From Lama glama (lineage: Eukaryota), in the NCBI GenBank assembly GCA_028534125.1, contig CM052818.1, positions 39,558,001-39,622,000 on the forward strand: a stretch of 64,000 bases of DNA. The letters run 5' to 3'. Made by a program: the position numbers and the translations under genes. The first letter of the stretch is position 1; each line of letters opens with the position of its first letter. The notes below the pieces were generated by a model. It did no database searches, was not told the origin of the DNA, and saw only the letters and a program-made list of their open reading frames with translations. This document shows positions 12,852 to 24,369 of this stretch, piece by piece.

Positions 12852-13270
12852 GTCTCATTGTGGGTTGGTTCTTCTTTGAAACCAGAGCCTGAGACAAGGA
12901 TTTGCAGGGTGGTTGACTTGGAAGGTAATTCTAGGAAACAGGGGCGGGGACTGGGTAACATGAGGGAAGAGGATAAGCCACACGAGGCTCCATTATCAAG
13001 GGCACCACTGAGGGCGGCTAGAGCTCAGTCATCAGGAGTCCCCTCCCGACTGCCCCCAAGGATTGGCCTGGAGAGAGAATCCTGGGCTCCTCTTGCTCGT
13101 TGCTTGAGGTCCCCTGGTCAGGAACTTGCTGTACTTCCGGCTACACAGGCATGCTTGTCTCCTGGGCTCCTGAGGGATACAGGGCAAAGAAGTGCCGGGG
13201 CAGAAAGTGGATGAATTGTGGCAGGAGCTTCTGGCAGCAAATGTCAGCATTAGGTGAGTCTGCACCAGCC
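12852..13270 (-). mobile_element. ERVL LTR (LTR16/LTR33-like)
   Basis: cagagcctgagacaaggatt...ttggaaggtaattctaggaa is the antisense of the LTR16-type 3' end; right boundary uncertain. Confidence 0.6.
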
Positions 13271-14654
13271 CAAAAGATGTGGGCCAGGGAACCCGAAGGG
13301 CAAAGGGCACCACCTTCCCACGTCCAGGAGAATGGTCACAGCTGGGGGTAGCTGGGTGCAGAGGCAAAGCTTCTGTGCTTTACAGGAGCATCTCCTGGAA
13401 CCCCAAAAAGACACAACAATGCTGCATGAGATCCATGTTAGGGCCGGAGTTCATTCCTTTTGACATTTTTACTCTGTATCTGAGACTCATCTCTTTGCCA
13501 AGTCCAAGGTCCAGGCTGTCTGCCTCTCTGTATCCCTGCAGCCTGGCCAGCATAGACTGGGCATGCCGAGTGCCCTCAGAGAGGTCTGCACCTTAGCTGT
13601 CTGGCAACCTTGTTGCCTGCTCCCGTGTCACATGGTGGAGGTGAGGGGCACAGTATACTCGGTGACAACGGTAGTTTCTGAACTGTGACCATTGTTGCTC
13701 TTCAGATTTGTTCATGGTGTCGGGGCTAAGACCTTCCATCTTGGAAAGACCAGAACTGGGGATGTAAAAAGAGAATCGTGGCTCCCACTTTCCACCTTGC
13801 TCTCTGATTGTATTATAGGTCCTTCCTCGAAAAGGCTCCTTGCTGTTCCCATACGACCATCTTTCAAGACCCTGTCCCAGTCCCCTCTTATCCAGGAAGC
13901 CACCTCTGATTAGACCAGGTACCCTAGGTACCACTCCTTTCTCTAGGCTCCTACCATGTTTGAAGCCAGATCCTCATACCTAACAACAGGTGGGGGAATT
14001 CTGAATGCACACTCCATGGGAGAATGACTGGGCTTCTCTTCTGTGTAAGCACTGCCTTCCAGGGGCTGGGCTCACTGGCCACCGTCCATCTAGACTGGGC
14101 AGGCGGTCCAGGACGAGTGGCTGACTTGGGGTCTAGGAATGCCATGCACCCCCAGGCTGCAAGCTCATCTCTACTGTCTGAATCACATCACATGAGCCTA
14201 ATGTTTGTTTTGGAGGTTACAAAATTAATGGATGAAATAAATGCAGCAGATGCTACCTATTAGAGAAGAATTTAATGTAGCAGTCCATGAAATTTTTGTT
14301 TGCAAAATAAGACCTAATTAGTTTGGTTTATGCTAGAGTACAATGAATTAAAATGACAGGGTAATTAATAGTGATCATCTGGGTCTCTTTCCTGGGTTCA
14401 CTTCTGTTTGTGTTAGTTGTTGGGTTTTTTTTTTTTTTTTTTTTTTTTGCTGGTGTCTCCTATTTGAAACCCAATCTGAAAGTCTTTCCTCAATATTCTC
14501 CTGCCCCTTAAGTGAGACTATTCTAACAAAGTCATTTTTTCCTGTCGGATCCATGGTCTTTCTTCTTTTGACCGCAGGAAATCTTTTGGCTTTGACTCTC
14601 TCCCTAGTGGTCTGATGAGTGTTCTGGAGGAGTCTCTTCTCCTGATTTGCCCTC

Positions 14655-15280
14655 CACCCATCATTCTGTCCATCTGACAAATACCTCTGAGCACCTATGA
14701 TGTGCCAGGTCCTGTTCTCAGTTTTAGAGAATCAGAGTGAAAGACGTGGCGCTGCCCTCGAGGGGCTTACAGCCTAGTTGGGGAGGCAGAGAATAGCATC
14801 CTTAGTGCTTTGAAACACTGTGTTCTGGGTATTATCAGGAAGAGAAGGATGTAAATTACTGTGGGCAGTGAGACTAGATTAACTGAGTTTTGAAGGGAAA
14901 ATTGGAGTTATGATGCATGGAAATTGCTGGTGGATTTAAGAAGAGAGTGGCGTGATCAGATCTTTATTTAGAAGCACTGTGGAAGATGGGTTGAAGAGGG
15001 ACAGGCCAGGAATCCAGGGAATAATACTGTATAATCCAGTAAGAGAAGTTTGGGGCCTGAACCAAGAGCTAGTGATGAAAAATGGCAAGAGAGATGAATA
15101 CGGTGGCCTTTGGAAGACTAAAGACTAGGGACTGGAGGTGGGTGATAGACAGTGACCAGGAGGAGGCTGGGATGACATTGGATTTTCTGGTTTGGCTGTT
15201 TGAGTGGATGGTGATAGTATTTCCTGGAACAGGGAGCAGCACCAGAAGAAATGCAGCTTTGGGGATAGAAGAGAGGGGAA
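14655..15280 (-). mobile_element. L2 LINE fragment
   Basis: tgagcacctatgatgtgccagg...gccctcgaggggcttacagcctag...gtgatcagat...ggggcctgaac. Confidence 0.8.
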
Positions 15281-15284
15281 AATA

Positions 15285-15490
15285 ACAGAACTAACATTTA
15301 GCACTTATTGAACCATAGGCTTGGACCTAAGCACTTAATCTTACAGTGACTCCATAAAGTAAGTACAGTTATCCCCATTTTACAGACAGGAAAACTAAGG
15401 CCCAGAGAAATTAAGTAACTCTCCCACGATTACACTAGTAATCTGGTAAGTGGCAGAATAGTTTGTCTTCTGGGCTGATACGTCCTGCCT
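15285..15490 (-). mobile_element. MIR SINE
   Basis: ttatccccattttacagacaggaaaactaaggcccagagaaattaagtaact. Confidence 0.85.
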
Positions 15491-15734
15491 TAGAGGTGAT
15501 GGTTTCATTTTGGTCTTTGCAACAGCCAAGTGTCCAGCAGGCAAGTGCATGTTGCCATTGTCCCCAAAATGATAAACAAAGACACTTTTCAGAGGGCTAT
15601 TGGGTGCAGTTAAAATGTAAAGTTGATAAAGGGGTTCTTCAAGGACCTCAGCCACACATTTTGGCTGTTGGCTTTCTACAACTTGATTTATGAAGTGTCT
15701 CCTCCTGTCTTAGATGTCCTGTGCCCTCGCTTCC

Positions 15735-15835
15735 CTTCCATCCAACCAGACATGTATTTATTGACCGTGTACTAGGTGCTCGGTACTATATCATGATAAA
15801 CAAGACAGACATAATCTCTTCAACTCGAGAGTTTA
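15735..15835 (-). mobile_element. L2 3' end
   Basis: tatttattgaccgtgtactaggtgct...taaacaagacagaca. Confidence 0.55.
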
Positions 15836-17559
15836 CTGCATGTGCGTCTGTCAAAAACTGGGTGTGGAAGGACGCTGATGTCAGGTATTTCTCCCCAGGT
15901 GACAGTGTCAGCCACCACGGCTCCCTTTTTAAGATTTCGCTTTCATTGTGAGATCAAGGACTTTAGTTCCGGGAGGTAAGATTACAACAGGAAGAGAGGG
16001 ATTAGGAGAGAGGGTGGGGGAGGTGGCAGGCAGAGAGGGTCTTCCAAAGACCTCTAAGATGTCACTGAGCTCCTGGGAGCCAGCGCCTCCAACATGTAAC
16101 ACAGCCCTGCTTCTCAGGGGCATCCTGACCTTCTCCGCCTGTGACTGCTCTCTCTCCAAGCCCTCTTTATTGTTGGTAGCTGGTGAAATGTGCACAGCTC
16201 CGTGGCGCTTCCCAACCTTCCCTTCCTTGGTTTGATCCCAAGTCTGTGACCAAACATCTGGTCTCTCAGACCAGACCTGTAGTGTTGCCAGTCAGAGGAG
16301 AAGAAAATAGGCCAGAAATCATGAAATGCTTCCTGACAGCATGAATCTTCAGGCGGAATGTGGCCCTTCACGGGGGCCTCCCAGCCGGGAGGTAGATCAA
16401 ACACTGCGGGGAGATTTGGACAGAACAATCCAACTGTCAGGAGGATAAATAAGGTGATCTCTTGGATGCTTTCCATTTCTTACTTCTAAGATTTCCTGAC
16501 CTCTCTGGCCCTGCAGAGTTTGTCAAAGATGAGCAGCTGCTTCCGAGGAGGGTAGATAGCTTATTCCATCCTTGGTTGGCTGTACGGAAGGCCTGCGTTT
16601 TCTCAGGCAGGGGGCTAGGTTCTGGCCTTGGGTCTCCATGTGTGGTTTAGGAGGAAACTCTGACGTTTTATCCCACAGACCTGGAACTCCTCCTCATGTC
16701 TCTTGAAGCTTCTCCTTTCAAAGACACACGGAAGGTCTTTATACACCCCTCCTCCCAAGTTGTGTGGGTGAGGTTCTCCGCAACTTAAGTCTTGGCTTCT
16801 CATCCAGGTTGATGTGGTCTATCACGGAGCTTTTGATCTTCCTCCTCAAAAGTCACAGTCTCCCCATGGTAAAATTTCATTACCTCTCACTCTGGTATCC
16901 TGAACAAGTCCACGTTTCAGGACGTGGCATGCTAACCTTTCAACCAACTAAAGCATCAGTGCCGTTACACGATCCTTCCACGTTACGGTGTCTAATTTAG
17001 CATACTTCCTCTGGAGGGACCATCCAAGAGAAATATTTCTCGCGTGAAATTATTTTTGGAGACTCTCCAAATCAACAAGTCCCTTCTCTACCCTCAAGAG
17101 GATGGAGGGCTGTGGATTTGCCAAAGTTAATAATATTAATCTGTCCATCATATTAGAAATTCATTGTGTTGGAGAATAATGCAGTTGTTTTCTCCAGGCC
17201 TGGTCCTGTGTGGCGCTGTTTTCTTCTCTGTGTCAGTCCTGTGGGGTGCTCCGGGGTGCACCACTGAATCCCAGATCGCCCCTTTCCTGGGATTTCAGAT
17301 CACAGGGTGCCATACAATCGTAAGCAGCTGTGAGACTGCTGTGTTCCTCTGTGCCTCTCGCCTTGTGGCTTTTCTGGCTGAAGCTCTAAGTCCTTCCAGG
17401 GTTGCACTGTTACGTAGAAGGCACGGTCTGCAGCCCCGGGGTATGGTTTTTAGGAGATCAGTCCCTGTAGTAGGTGCTGGGGATCTTTTGCCTTTTGTTA
17501 ATTTATAATAACTGAAAGTCAAACTGTTATCCCAGGAGAAGGAGGGACTACGAATATTT

Positions 17560-17755
17560 TTTGAGCTCTTACAAGTACTGGTGTAGAACAAGCATTAACT
17601 TATTTAACTCTTCTAACAACCACACAAGGGAGGGTTAATTTTTATCCATGTTTGACTGAGGAAACTGAGGGCCAGCAGGGCAGGGTAACTTGTTCAAGAT
17701 CACATAGCTAACACGTGGTGAAGCCACAGTTTGAACCCACACCTTCTGTCTTTCT
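17560..17755 (-). mobile_element. MIR SINE
   Basis: gactgaggaaactgaggg...gtaacttgttcaagatcacatagcta...tttgaaccc. Confidence 0.85.
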
Positions 17756-18048
17756 AAATGTAATGAGTGTTCATTCAAGTCTGGGCTTCGTTAGCATTTA
17801 CGCAGGTATCAGCCCCTCACACAGTGTCACCTAGTAGGGGTTTAGAAAAGGCTTGCTGAACAGAGCCTGAAAAGAGATGCCAAATTTAAGGTCCCTTTTA
17901 AACACATGTGTGACAGTTTGTTAAATGTGAGGCCATCTCCATTCAAAACTGGGCAGTACATTTATTAAGAATTATTTAGAGTTCATACTGAGATCGTTAA
18001 AGAAAAAGTAGTTTGGAATTATGAAGCCTTTATGATACTAGCTTTCTT

Positions 18049-18150
18049 GGTGGGGAAGTGTACAGCTCAGTGGTAGAGCCCCGCCTAGCATGCATGAGAT
18101 CTGGGGTTCAATCCCCAGTACCTCCATTTAAAAAAAAGTTAGTAAATATA
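18049..18150 (+). mobile_element. Short tRNA-derived SINE (camelid Vic-1-like)
   Basis: Pol III A box (cagctcagtgg) and B box (ggttcaatccc), A-rich tail, 14-bp TSD ata(c/t)tagctttctt at 18035-18048 and 18151-18164. Confidence 0.9.
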
Positions 18151-19014
18151 ATATTAGCTTTCTTTTGGTTATGAAGTAAGCATCTTTGCAATGAACTTTT
18201 AAGAATTAAGACAGAGCAGTATGGACTTTGTATGGGGTCAGTCAAACCTAGCTTGGTCTCAGGGCTACCATTTTCTGGTCATGTGACCCCCTCTCTGGTC
18301 ACATGGCCCACATTGCTCTGTCTCTAGAATGAGACATTGGAGTATGTGATCCTGCTTGGGTCTTGCAACTGCAGCTTGTCTGCAGGTCTAGGACGCTAGG
18401 TCTTAATGGGAAGTATTCTAAGTCTGTAATTAATTAACTAGCTGATCATTTGATGAGCACTTACAAGGCATTTTCGAGAGGCACCAAGGATTTGCAGAGA
18501 GTTCAGAAGCAATCCCTGACTCAACCTAGTTAAAGGGATGGAATAGAGGGGTGAACTGATTTAATCATCGTGTTATGAGAAGAACACTGAGTGGGTGTGG
18601 ATGACGGAGACAGTAGCGCCCAAAAAACTCAGATGGAGAGGGCCCTCTGGCTCCGCACAGCGAGGGAAGTAGCGTTTAAGTTGTTCTTTGAAGGATGAGA
18701 AAGAGTCCAGTAGATGGACTGGGGAACTGGAGGGTGTTCCAGTTTGGAAGCGTGGCATGACTGGAGACAAGGTGAGGGAGGGCTTTGAGATGATGGAGAA
18801 AAGCATCCACGTTTGTTAGACACAAATGCTACGTTGCTACCTAATGCACCAACCAGAGTGATGCTGGCTGGGGGTGGGGGAAGTAGGGAGTTCTGGATTC
18901 AGATTTTGGTTTAATTCTAATTCGTGAAACAAAACCTCTTTGGATAGTTCTTTTTTCCCACCTGTAAAACAAGACTTTTGGATTAAGTCAGTGCTTCTAT
19001 ATTTTTAAGGTATG

Positions 19015-19442
19015 TGTATTGGGGTTCTCCAGAGAAACAGGACCAATAAGATACAGAGGGGATTTATTATGAGGAATTGGCTTATGTGACTATGCAGGTT
19101 GGGAAGTCCCACCACCTGCCATCTGCAAGCTGGAGACCCAGGAAAGCCAGTGGTGTAATTCCAGACCCAGATCAAAGGCTTGAAAACTGGAGAAGCTTAA
19201 ACCAGTTCAAAGGCAGGAGAAACTGATGTCTCAGCTCAGCAGTCAGGCAAGAAGGAAACACATCCTCCCTTCAGATCCTTAACAAATTGAATGGTGACCA
19301 CACACACTGAGGAAGACAATCTACTTTACTGCACCCATTGATTGAAATACTAGTCTCATCCAGAAGCATCCTCACAGAAATAATGTTTAAATCTGGGCAT
19401 CCCATGGCACAGTCATGTTGACACATAAAACTGATCATCACA
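19015..19442 (-). mobile_element. MLT2 (ERVL) solo LTR
   Basis: TG...CA ends; gggttctccagagaaacag, ctgcaagctggagaccc and gttgacacataaaa motifs; 5-bp TSD gtatg/gtagg. Confidence 0.9.
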
Positions 19443-20279
19443 GTAGGGAACACCCAGAAAATGAAAATATGTGTACAGAATAACTCCGACAGGATTTGGA
19501 AGCATCTATAAAAGGCTTGGAAAAAACATTTATCGCATTCTGTAAGTATGGCAAAAAATTAATATATGGATCATTAGGGAAACTATAACAAATACATTTT
19601 ATTATTTTTAACTCACTTCTTTGAACGTAACTTTTAAAAAGTATTCTTTATGCTTGAAATGGCTGCACACAAATCCTCAACGATGTTTTTTAATGTGATC
19701 TCTTCAAATTCTTAATAGTCGCTCTTTAATATAAATGATATTCACACAAATTCTCCAAGAAATAACAGTTGCTTGATGTTACAGCAAATGGTAGAAGGGT
19801 TTACAATATCAATTTATTGTTCTCCAGTGGATAGAAACCCTTTTTTCCCCTTAACTGTAATACAGGTTGTTCCGTCTCTTTAAAGGTAAAATTACCATGT
19901 CAAGGGTATGATCCAATCTTTAAATATAACAGATTTTCCTTTGCTTTTTTTAATGGTAGATGCAATGTTGAAGTTCCTTATATTAATTTTATTGGATTTC
20001 AAATCCAATTGAACTTTTTATATAAATATTCCAAAATGATGATTTTCACAAATGTTACTCTTCTAGTCTTAATGATTTTTAGTCTTTCATATTCAAACTA
20101 AAATGTTAATTGAACATTATCATTGAACCATTTTAACTTCATTTTTCCAAAGTTGAATTTTTGCGTTGTGCCCATAAACCTTCTAAGTGCACATTAGTAT
20201 GTTTTCATGGCTCCTTGCAATTTTAGATTAAATTAATTCAAGTTAATTGAATGATTTTCTGAAACTAATAATTATCTTT

Positions 20280-21180
20280 TTTTTTTTCCAAAAAATTTTA
20301 AATTGAATTACAGTCAATTACAATGTGTCTATCTCTGGTGTACAGCACAATATCCCTGTCATGCATATACATACGTGTATTCGTTTTTGTATTTTTTCCA
20401 CTTAAGATTATTACAAGATATTGAACATAGTTCGCTGTGTTAAACAGAATAAACTCTTTTTTTAAAATCTATTTTTATATATCGTGGCTGACATTTGTAA
20501 ATATCAAACTCCCAAATTTATCCCCTCCCACCCATTTTCCCTGGTAACCATAAAATTGTTTACTATGTCTGCGAGTCCGTTTCTGTTTTGTAGATGAGTT
20601 CATAGTGGCCCGTTTTTTTGTTTTGATTTTTTTTTTTTAGGATACCACATATGAGTGATATCATATGATATTTTTCTTTCTCTTTCTGGCTTACTTCACT
20701 TAGAATGATGATCTCTAGGTCTATCAATGTTGCTGCCAATGGCATTATTTTGTTCTTTTTTATTGCATAGTAGTATTCCATTGTATAAATATACCACAAC
20801 TTCTTTATCCAGTCATCTGTCAGTGGGCATTTAGGTTGCTTCCATGTCTCGGCTATTGTATATAGTGCTGCTATGAACATTGGGGTACATGTGTCTTTTT
20901 GACTTAGAGTTCCCTCTGGTTATATACCCAGAAGTGGGATTGCTAAATCATATGGGAAGTCTATTTTTAGTTTTTTGAGAACTCTCCATACTGTTTTCCA
21001 TAATGGCTGCACCAACCTACATTCCCACCAACAGTGTAGGAAGATTCCCTTTTCTCCACACCTTTTCCAGCATTTATCGTACTTGGACTTTTGAATGATG
21101 GCCATTCTGACTGGTGTGAGGTGATACTTCATTGCAGTTTTGATTTCCATTTCTCTGGTAATTAGTGATATTGAGCATTT
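20280..21180 (-). mobile_element. 5'-truncated, relatively young L1 (ORF2 C-terminus + 3'UTR + polyA)
   Basis: ORF2 peptides [13 protein letters not shown]...HCWWEC and MFIAALYTIAETWKQPKCP; T-run; 20-bp TSD tgaaactaat(a/g)attatcttt at 20260-20279 and 21181-21200. Confidence 0.95.
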
Positions 21181-21369
21181 TGAAACTAATGATTATCTTT
21201 ATACAAATCTGCAAAATGAAACTTACTCCTCTCCTTCACTCCCCTGGTTTTTTAGGTCTTTTTTATTAGATCATAATGTCTTTATTTTTAAACCATTTTT
21301 TAAATTGAAGTATAGTTGATTTACAATATTATGTTAGTTTCAGGTGTACAGCAAAGTGATTCAATTATA

Positions 21370-21370
21370 C

Positions 21371-21408
<38 letters not shown>
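21370..21408. repeat. (TCTA)n microsatellite within L1 3'UTR
   Basis: About 9 tandem tcta units. Confidence 0.95.
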
Positions 21409-21835
21409 ACACATATATTTATTCTTTTTAAGATTTTTTCCATTATGGGTTATTGCAAGATATTGAATATAGTTCCCTGTGCTATAAGTAGGTCCTTGTT
21501 GTTTACCTATTTTATGTACAGTATATATAGTGTATATACATATACAGCAAACACATATATACAGTAGTGTATGTCTGTTAATCCCAGATCCCTAATTTAT
21601 CCCTTCCCACCCCTTTCCCCTTTGGTAACCATAAATTTGTTTTCTATATCTTTTAGTCTGTTTCTGTTTTGTAAATAAGTTAATTTGTAGCATTTTTTTA
21701 GACTCCACATATAAGTGATATCATATGATATTTGTCTTTCTCTGACTTCACTTAATATGGTAATCTCTAGGTCCATTTATGTTGCTGCAAATAGCATTAT
21801 TTCATTATTTTTTATGGCTGAGTTGTATTCCATTA

Positions 21836-21863
21836 TGTGTGTGTGTGTATATGTATATTTACC

Positions 21864-21922
<59 letters not shown>
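21836..21922. repeat. Compound (TG)n/(TA)n/(CA)n microsatellite within L1
   Basis: Directly visible. Confidence 0.95.
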
Positions 21923-21923
<1 letters not shown>

Positions 21924-23869
21924 TTACCACAACTTCTTTATCCAGTTATCTGTTGATGGACATTTAGGTTGCATCCATATCTTGGCTATTGTAAATAATG
22001 CTGCTATGAACACTGAGGGGCATGTTTTCTTTTTGAATTAGAGTGTTCTCTGGAAATACACCCAGGATTTCAGGATGATATGGTAACTCTGTTTCTGTTT
22101 TTTTAAGGAATGCCCATACTATTCTCCATAGTGGCTGCACCAAATTACATTCCTACCAACAGTGTAGGAGGGTTTCTTTTTCTCCACACCCTCTCCAGCA
22201 TTTATTGTTTGTGGTCTTTTTAATGATGGCCATTCTGACTGGTGTGAGGTGATACCTCATTGTAGTTTTGATTTGCATTTCTCTAATAATTAGTAATATT
22301 GAGCATTTTTAATATGCCTGTTGGCCATCTGCATGTCTTCTTTAGAGAAATGTCTGTTTAGGTCTTCTGCCCATTTTTTGATTGGGTTGTTTATTTTTGA
22401 TTTTAAGCTGCATGAACTGTTTGTATATTTTGGAAATTAATTTCTTGTAGGTTGCATCATTTGCAAATATTTTCTCCCAGTCTGTGGGTTGTCTTTTCAT
22501 TTTGTTTAAGGTTTCCTTTGCTGTGAAAGAGCTTTAAAGTTTAATTAGGTCCCATTTGTTTATTTTTGTTTTTATTTCCATTACTTTAGGAGATGGCTCC
22601 AAAAACATATTGTTGTGATTTATATCAAAGAATGTTCTGCCTGTGTTTTCCTGTATGAGTTCTACAGTATCTGGTGTTACATTTAGGTCTTTAATCTATT
22701 TTGAGTTTATTTTTGTATAGGGTGTTAGAGAATATTCTAATTTCATTCTGTTACTTGTGGCTATCCAGTTTTCCTAGGGCTACTTATTGAAGACAGTGTC
22801 TCTTCTCTGCCATATGTTCTTGCTTCCTTTGTCATAGGTTAATTGACCATACGTGTGTGGGTTTATTTCTGGGCTTTCTATCCTGTTCCATTGATCTATG
22901 TGTCTGTTTTTGTGCCAGTACCATACTGGTTTGATTACTGTAGCTTTGTAGTATAATCTGAAGTCAGGGAGCGTGATTCCTCCAGCTCTGTCCTTCTTTC
23001 TCAAGATTGTTTTGGCTATTTGGGGTCTTTAAAATTCTTCCTTTAGGGAGCCAAGATAATTTTATTTAAAATGAATAGAGTTGTATTCTTATTTTATTTC
23101 TTCATAGAAACTGAAGTTTGTGGGTTTTATTAGGATCACCATCCTGGTAACATGATTTAATGTGAAATTCAGATGTTTATGTAGGAAACCTCTGTGTGAA
23201 TAAATCATTATCTCAATCCTATGATGTTGAGGAAGGTGTAAAATCTGTTGTTCTATTGTCCTGTCATTTGCAACAACACCACAGCAGATCACAAACCAAC
23301 TGTGTGTTTCTTTCATCTCATACTTGTTACGAACTTACAAAGTATTGACTTTATTACTTTAAATATGTTATTTTACCTCTGATAATTTATTTTGATACTT
23401 TTTTACAAAACAAATGGTATTTTCCAACTGTTCCTTCCTCAGTGATAGTAACTAGTGTCATTAACTGAGCAGTTACTAGCGTCAGTAGATTGTGGAACCT
23501 AAAGTGAAAACACTTTTAAATTTAATGATTTAGATGAGTGTCTGGGTCATTTGACATGCTGTTGAATACCTATAATAGTATTGTTCAAAAGTAGAACCTT
23601 TCCTATTTCTTGGTTCTTTTTGCTCCAGTACAGTGTTGATAATCTTCTCTTAGGCTGGCAGAATGGCTGATTCTGCAATCATGTGAGGCATTTTGTCCCT
23701 ACCTGCTAATTGACCTTGTAACTAAATTCTTAAGCCCAACTGATGATGCTATGAGCAAGTTCATGAAAGAATTTTGATCCTTTATTTTTAACTTATGTAT
23801 GCATAAGCATGTTCAAATCTTTTTCTTCATAAGAGAGGTGTTTTGGAGTGATGTCTGTCATTTTTTTTT

Positions 23870-24369
23870 NNNNNNNNNNNNNNNNNNNNNNNNNNNNNNN
23901 NNNNNNNNNNNNNNNNNNNNNNNNNNNNNNNNNNNNNNNNNNNNNNNNNNNNNNNNNNNNNNNNNNNNNNNNNNNNNNNNNNNNNNNNNNNNNNNNNNNN
24001 NNNNNNNNNNNNNNNNNNNNNNNNNNNNNNNNNNNNNNNNNNNNNNNNNNNNNNNNNNNNNNNNNNNNNNNNNNNNNNNNNNNNNNNNNNNNNNNNNNNN
24101 NNNNNNNNNNNNNNNNNNNNNNNNNNNNNNNNNNNNNNNNNNNNNNNNNNNNNNNNNNNNNNNNNNNNNNNNNNNNNNNNNNNNNNNNNNNNNNNNNNNN
24201 NNNNNNNNNNNNNNNNNNNNNNNNNNNNNNNNNNNNNNNNNNNNNNNNNNNNNNNNNNNNNNNNNNNNNNNNNNNNNNNNNNNNNNNNNNNNNNNNNNNN
24301 NNNNNNNNNNNNNNNNNNNNNNNNNNNNNNNNNNNNNNNNNNNNNNNNNNNNNNNNNNNNNNNNNNNNN
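23870..24369. other. Assembly gap (500 N)
   Basis: Run of N. Confidence 1.

Larger units (their letters stand above)
21290..23030 (-). mobile_element. 5'-truncated L1 (3' part of ORF2 + 3'UTR), different subfamily
   Basis: ORF2 peptide [40 protein letters not shown] (22780-23004); 3' end aattgaagtatagttgatttacaat. Confidence 0.95.
18989..23869 (-). mobile_element. Fossil hAT-Charlie DNA transposon with degraded transposase, interrupted by MLT2 and two L1s
   Basis: Minus-strand peptides KMPHMIAESAILPA (23653-23694), STDASNC (23469-23489), HRGFLHKHLNFTLNHVTRMVILIK (ORF 23089-23316) and LLPF (19786-19797) in the order expected for Charlie/ZBED5-type transposases; TIR-like cagtgcttct at 18989. 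Confidence 0.8.

Noticed and set aside
14424..14448. Long poly-T tract as a possible retrocopy tail
   Set aside because: No TSD or recognisable element adjacent; treated as a simple mononucleotide run
18049..18125. Possible tRNA gene
   Set aside because: The A-tail and TSD identify it as a SINE, and I could not fold a convincing acceptor stem
18276..18307. 12-bp stem hairpin ggtcatgtgacc...ggtcacatggcc
   Set aside because: Too short for a pre-miRNA and lies within a degraded MIR-like segment
20563..23004. ORFs with real protein similarity (20563-20880, 20920-21150, 22780-23004)
   Set aside because: Broken L1 ORF2 fragments in 5'-truncated elements, not host genes
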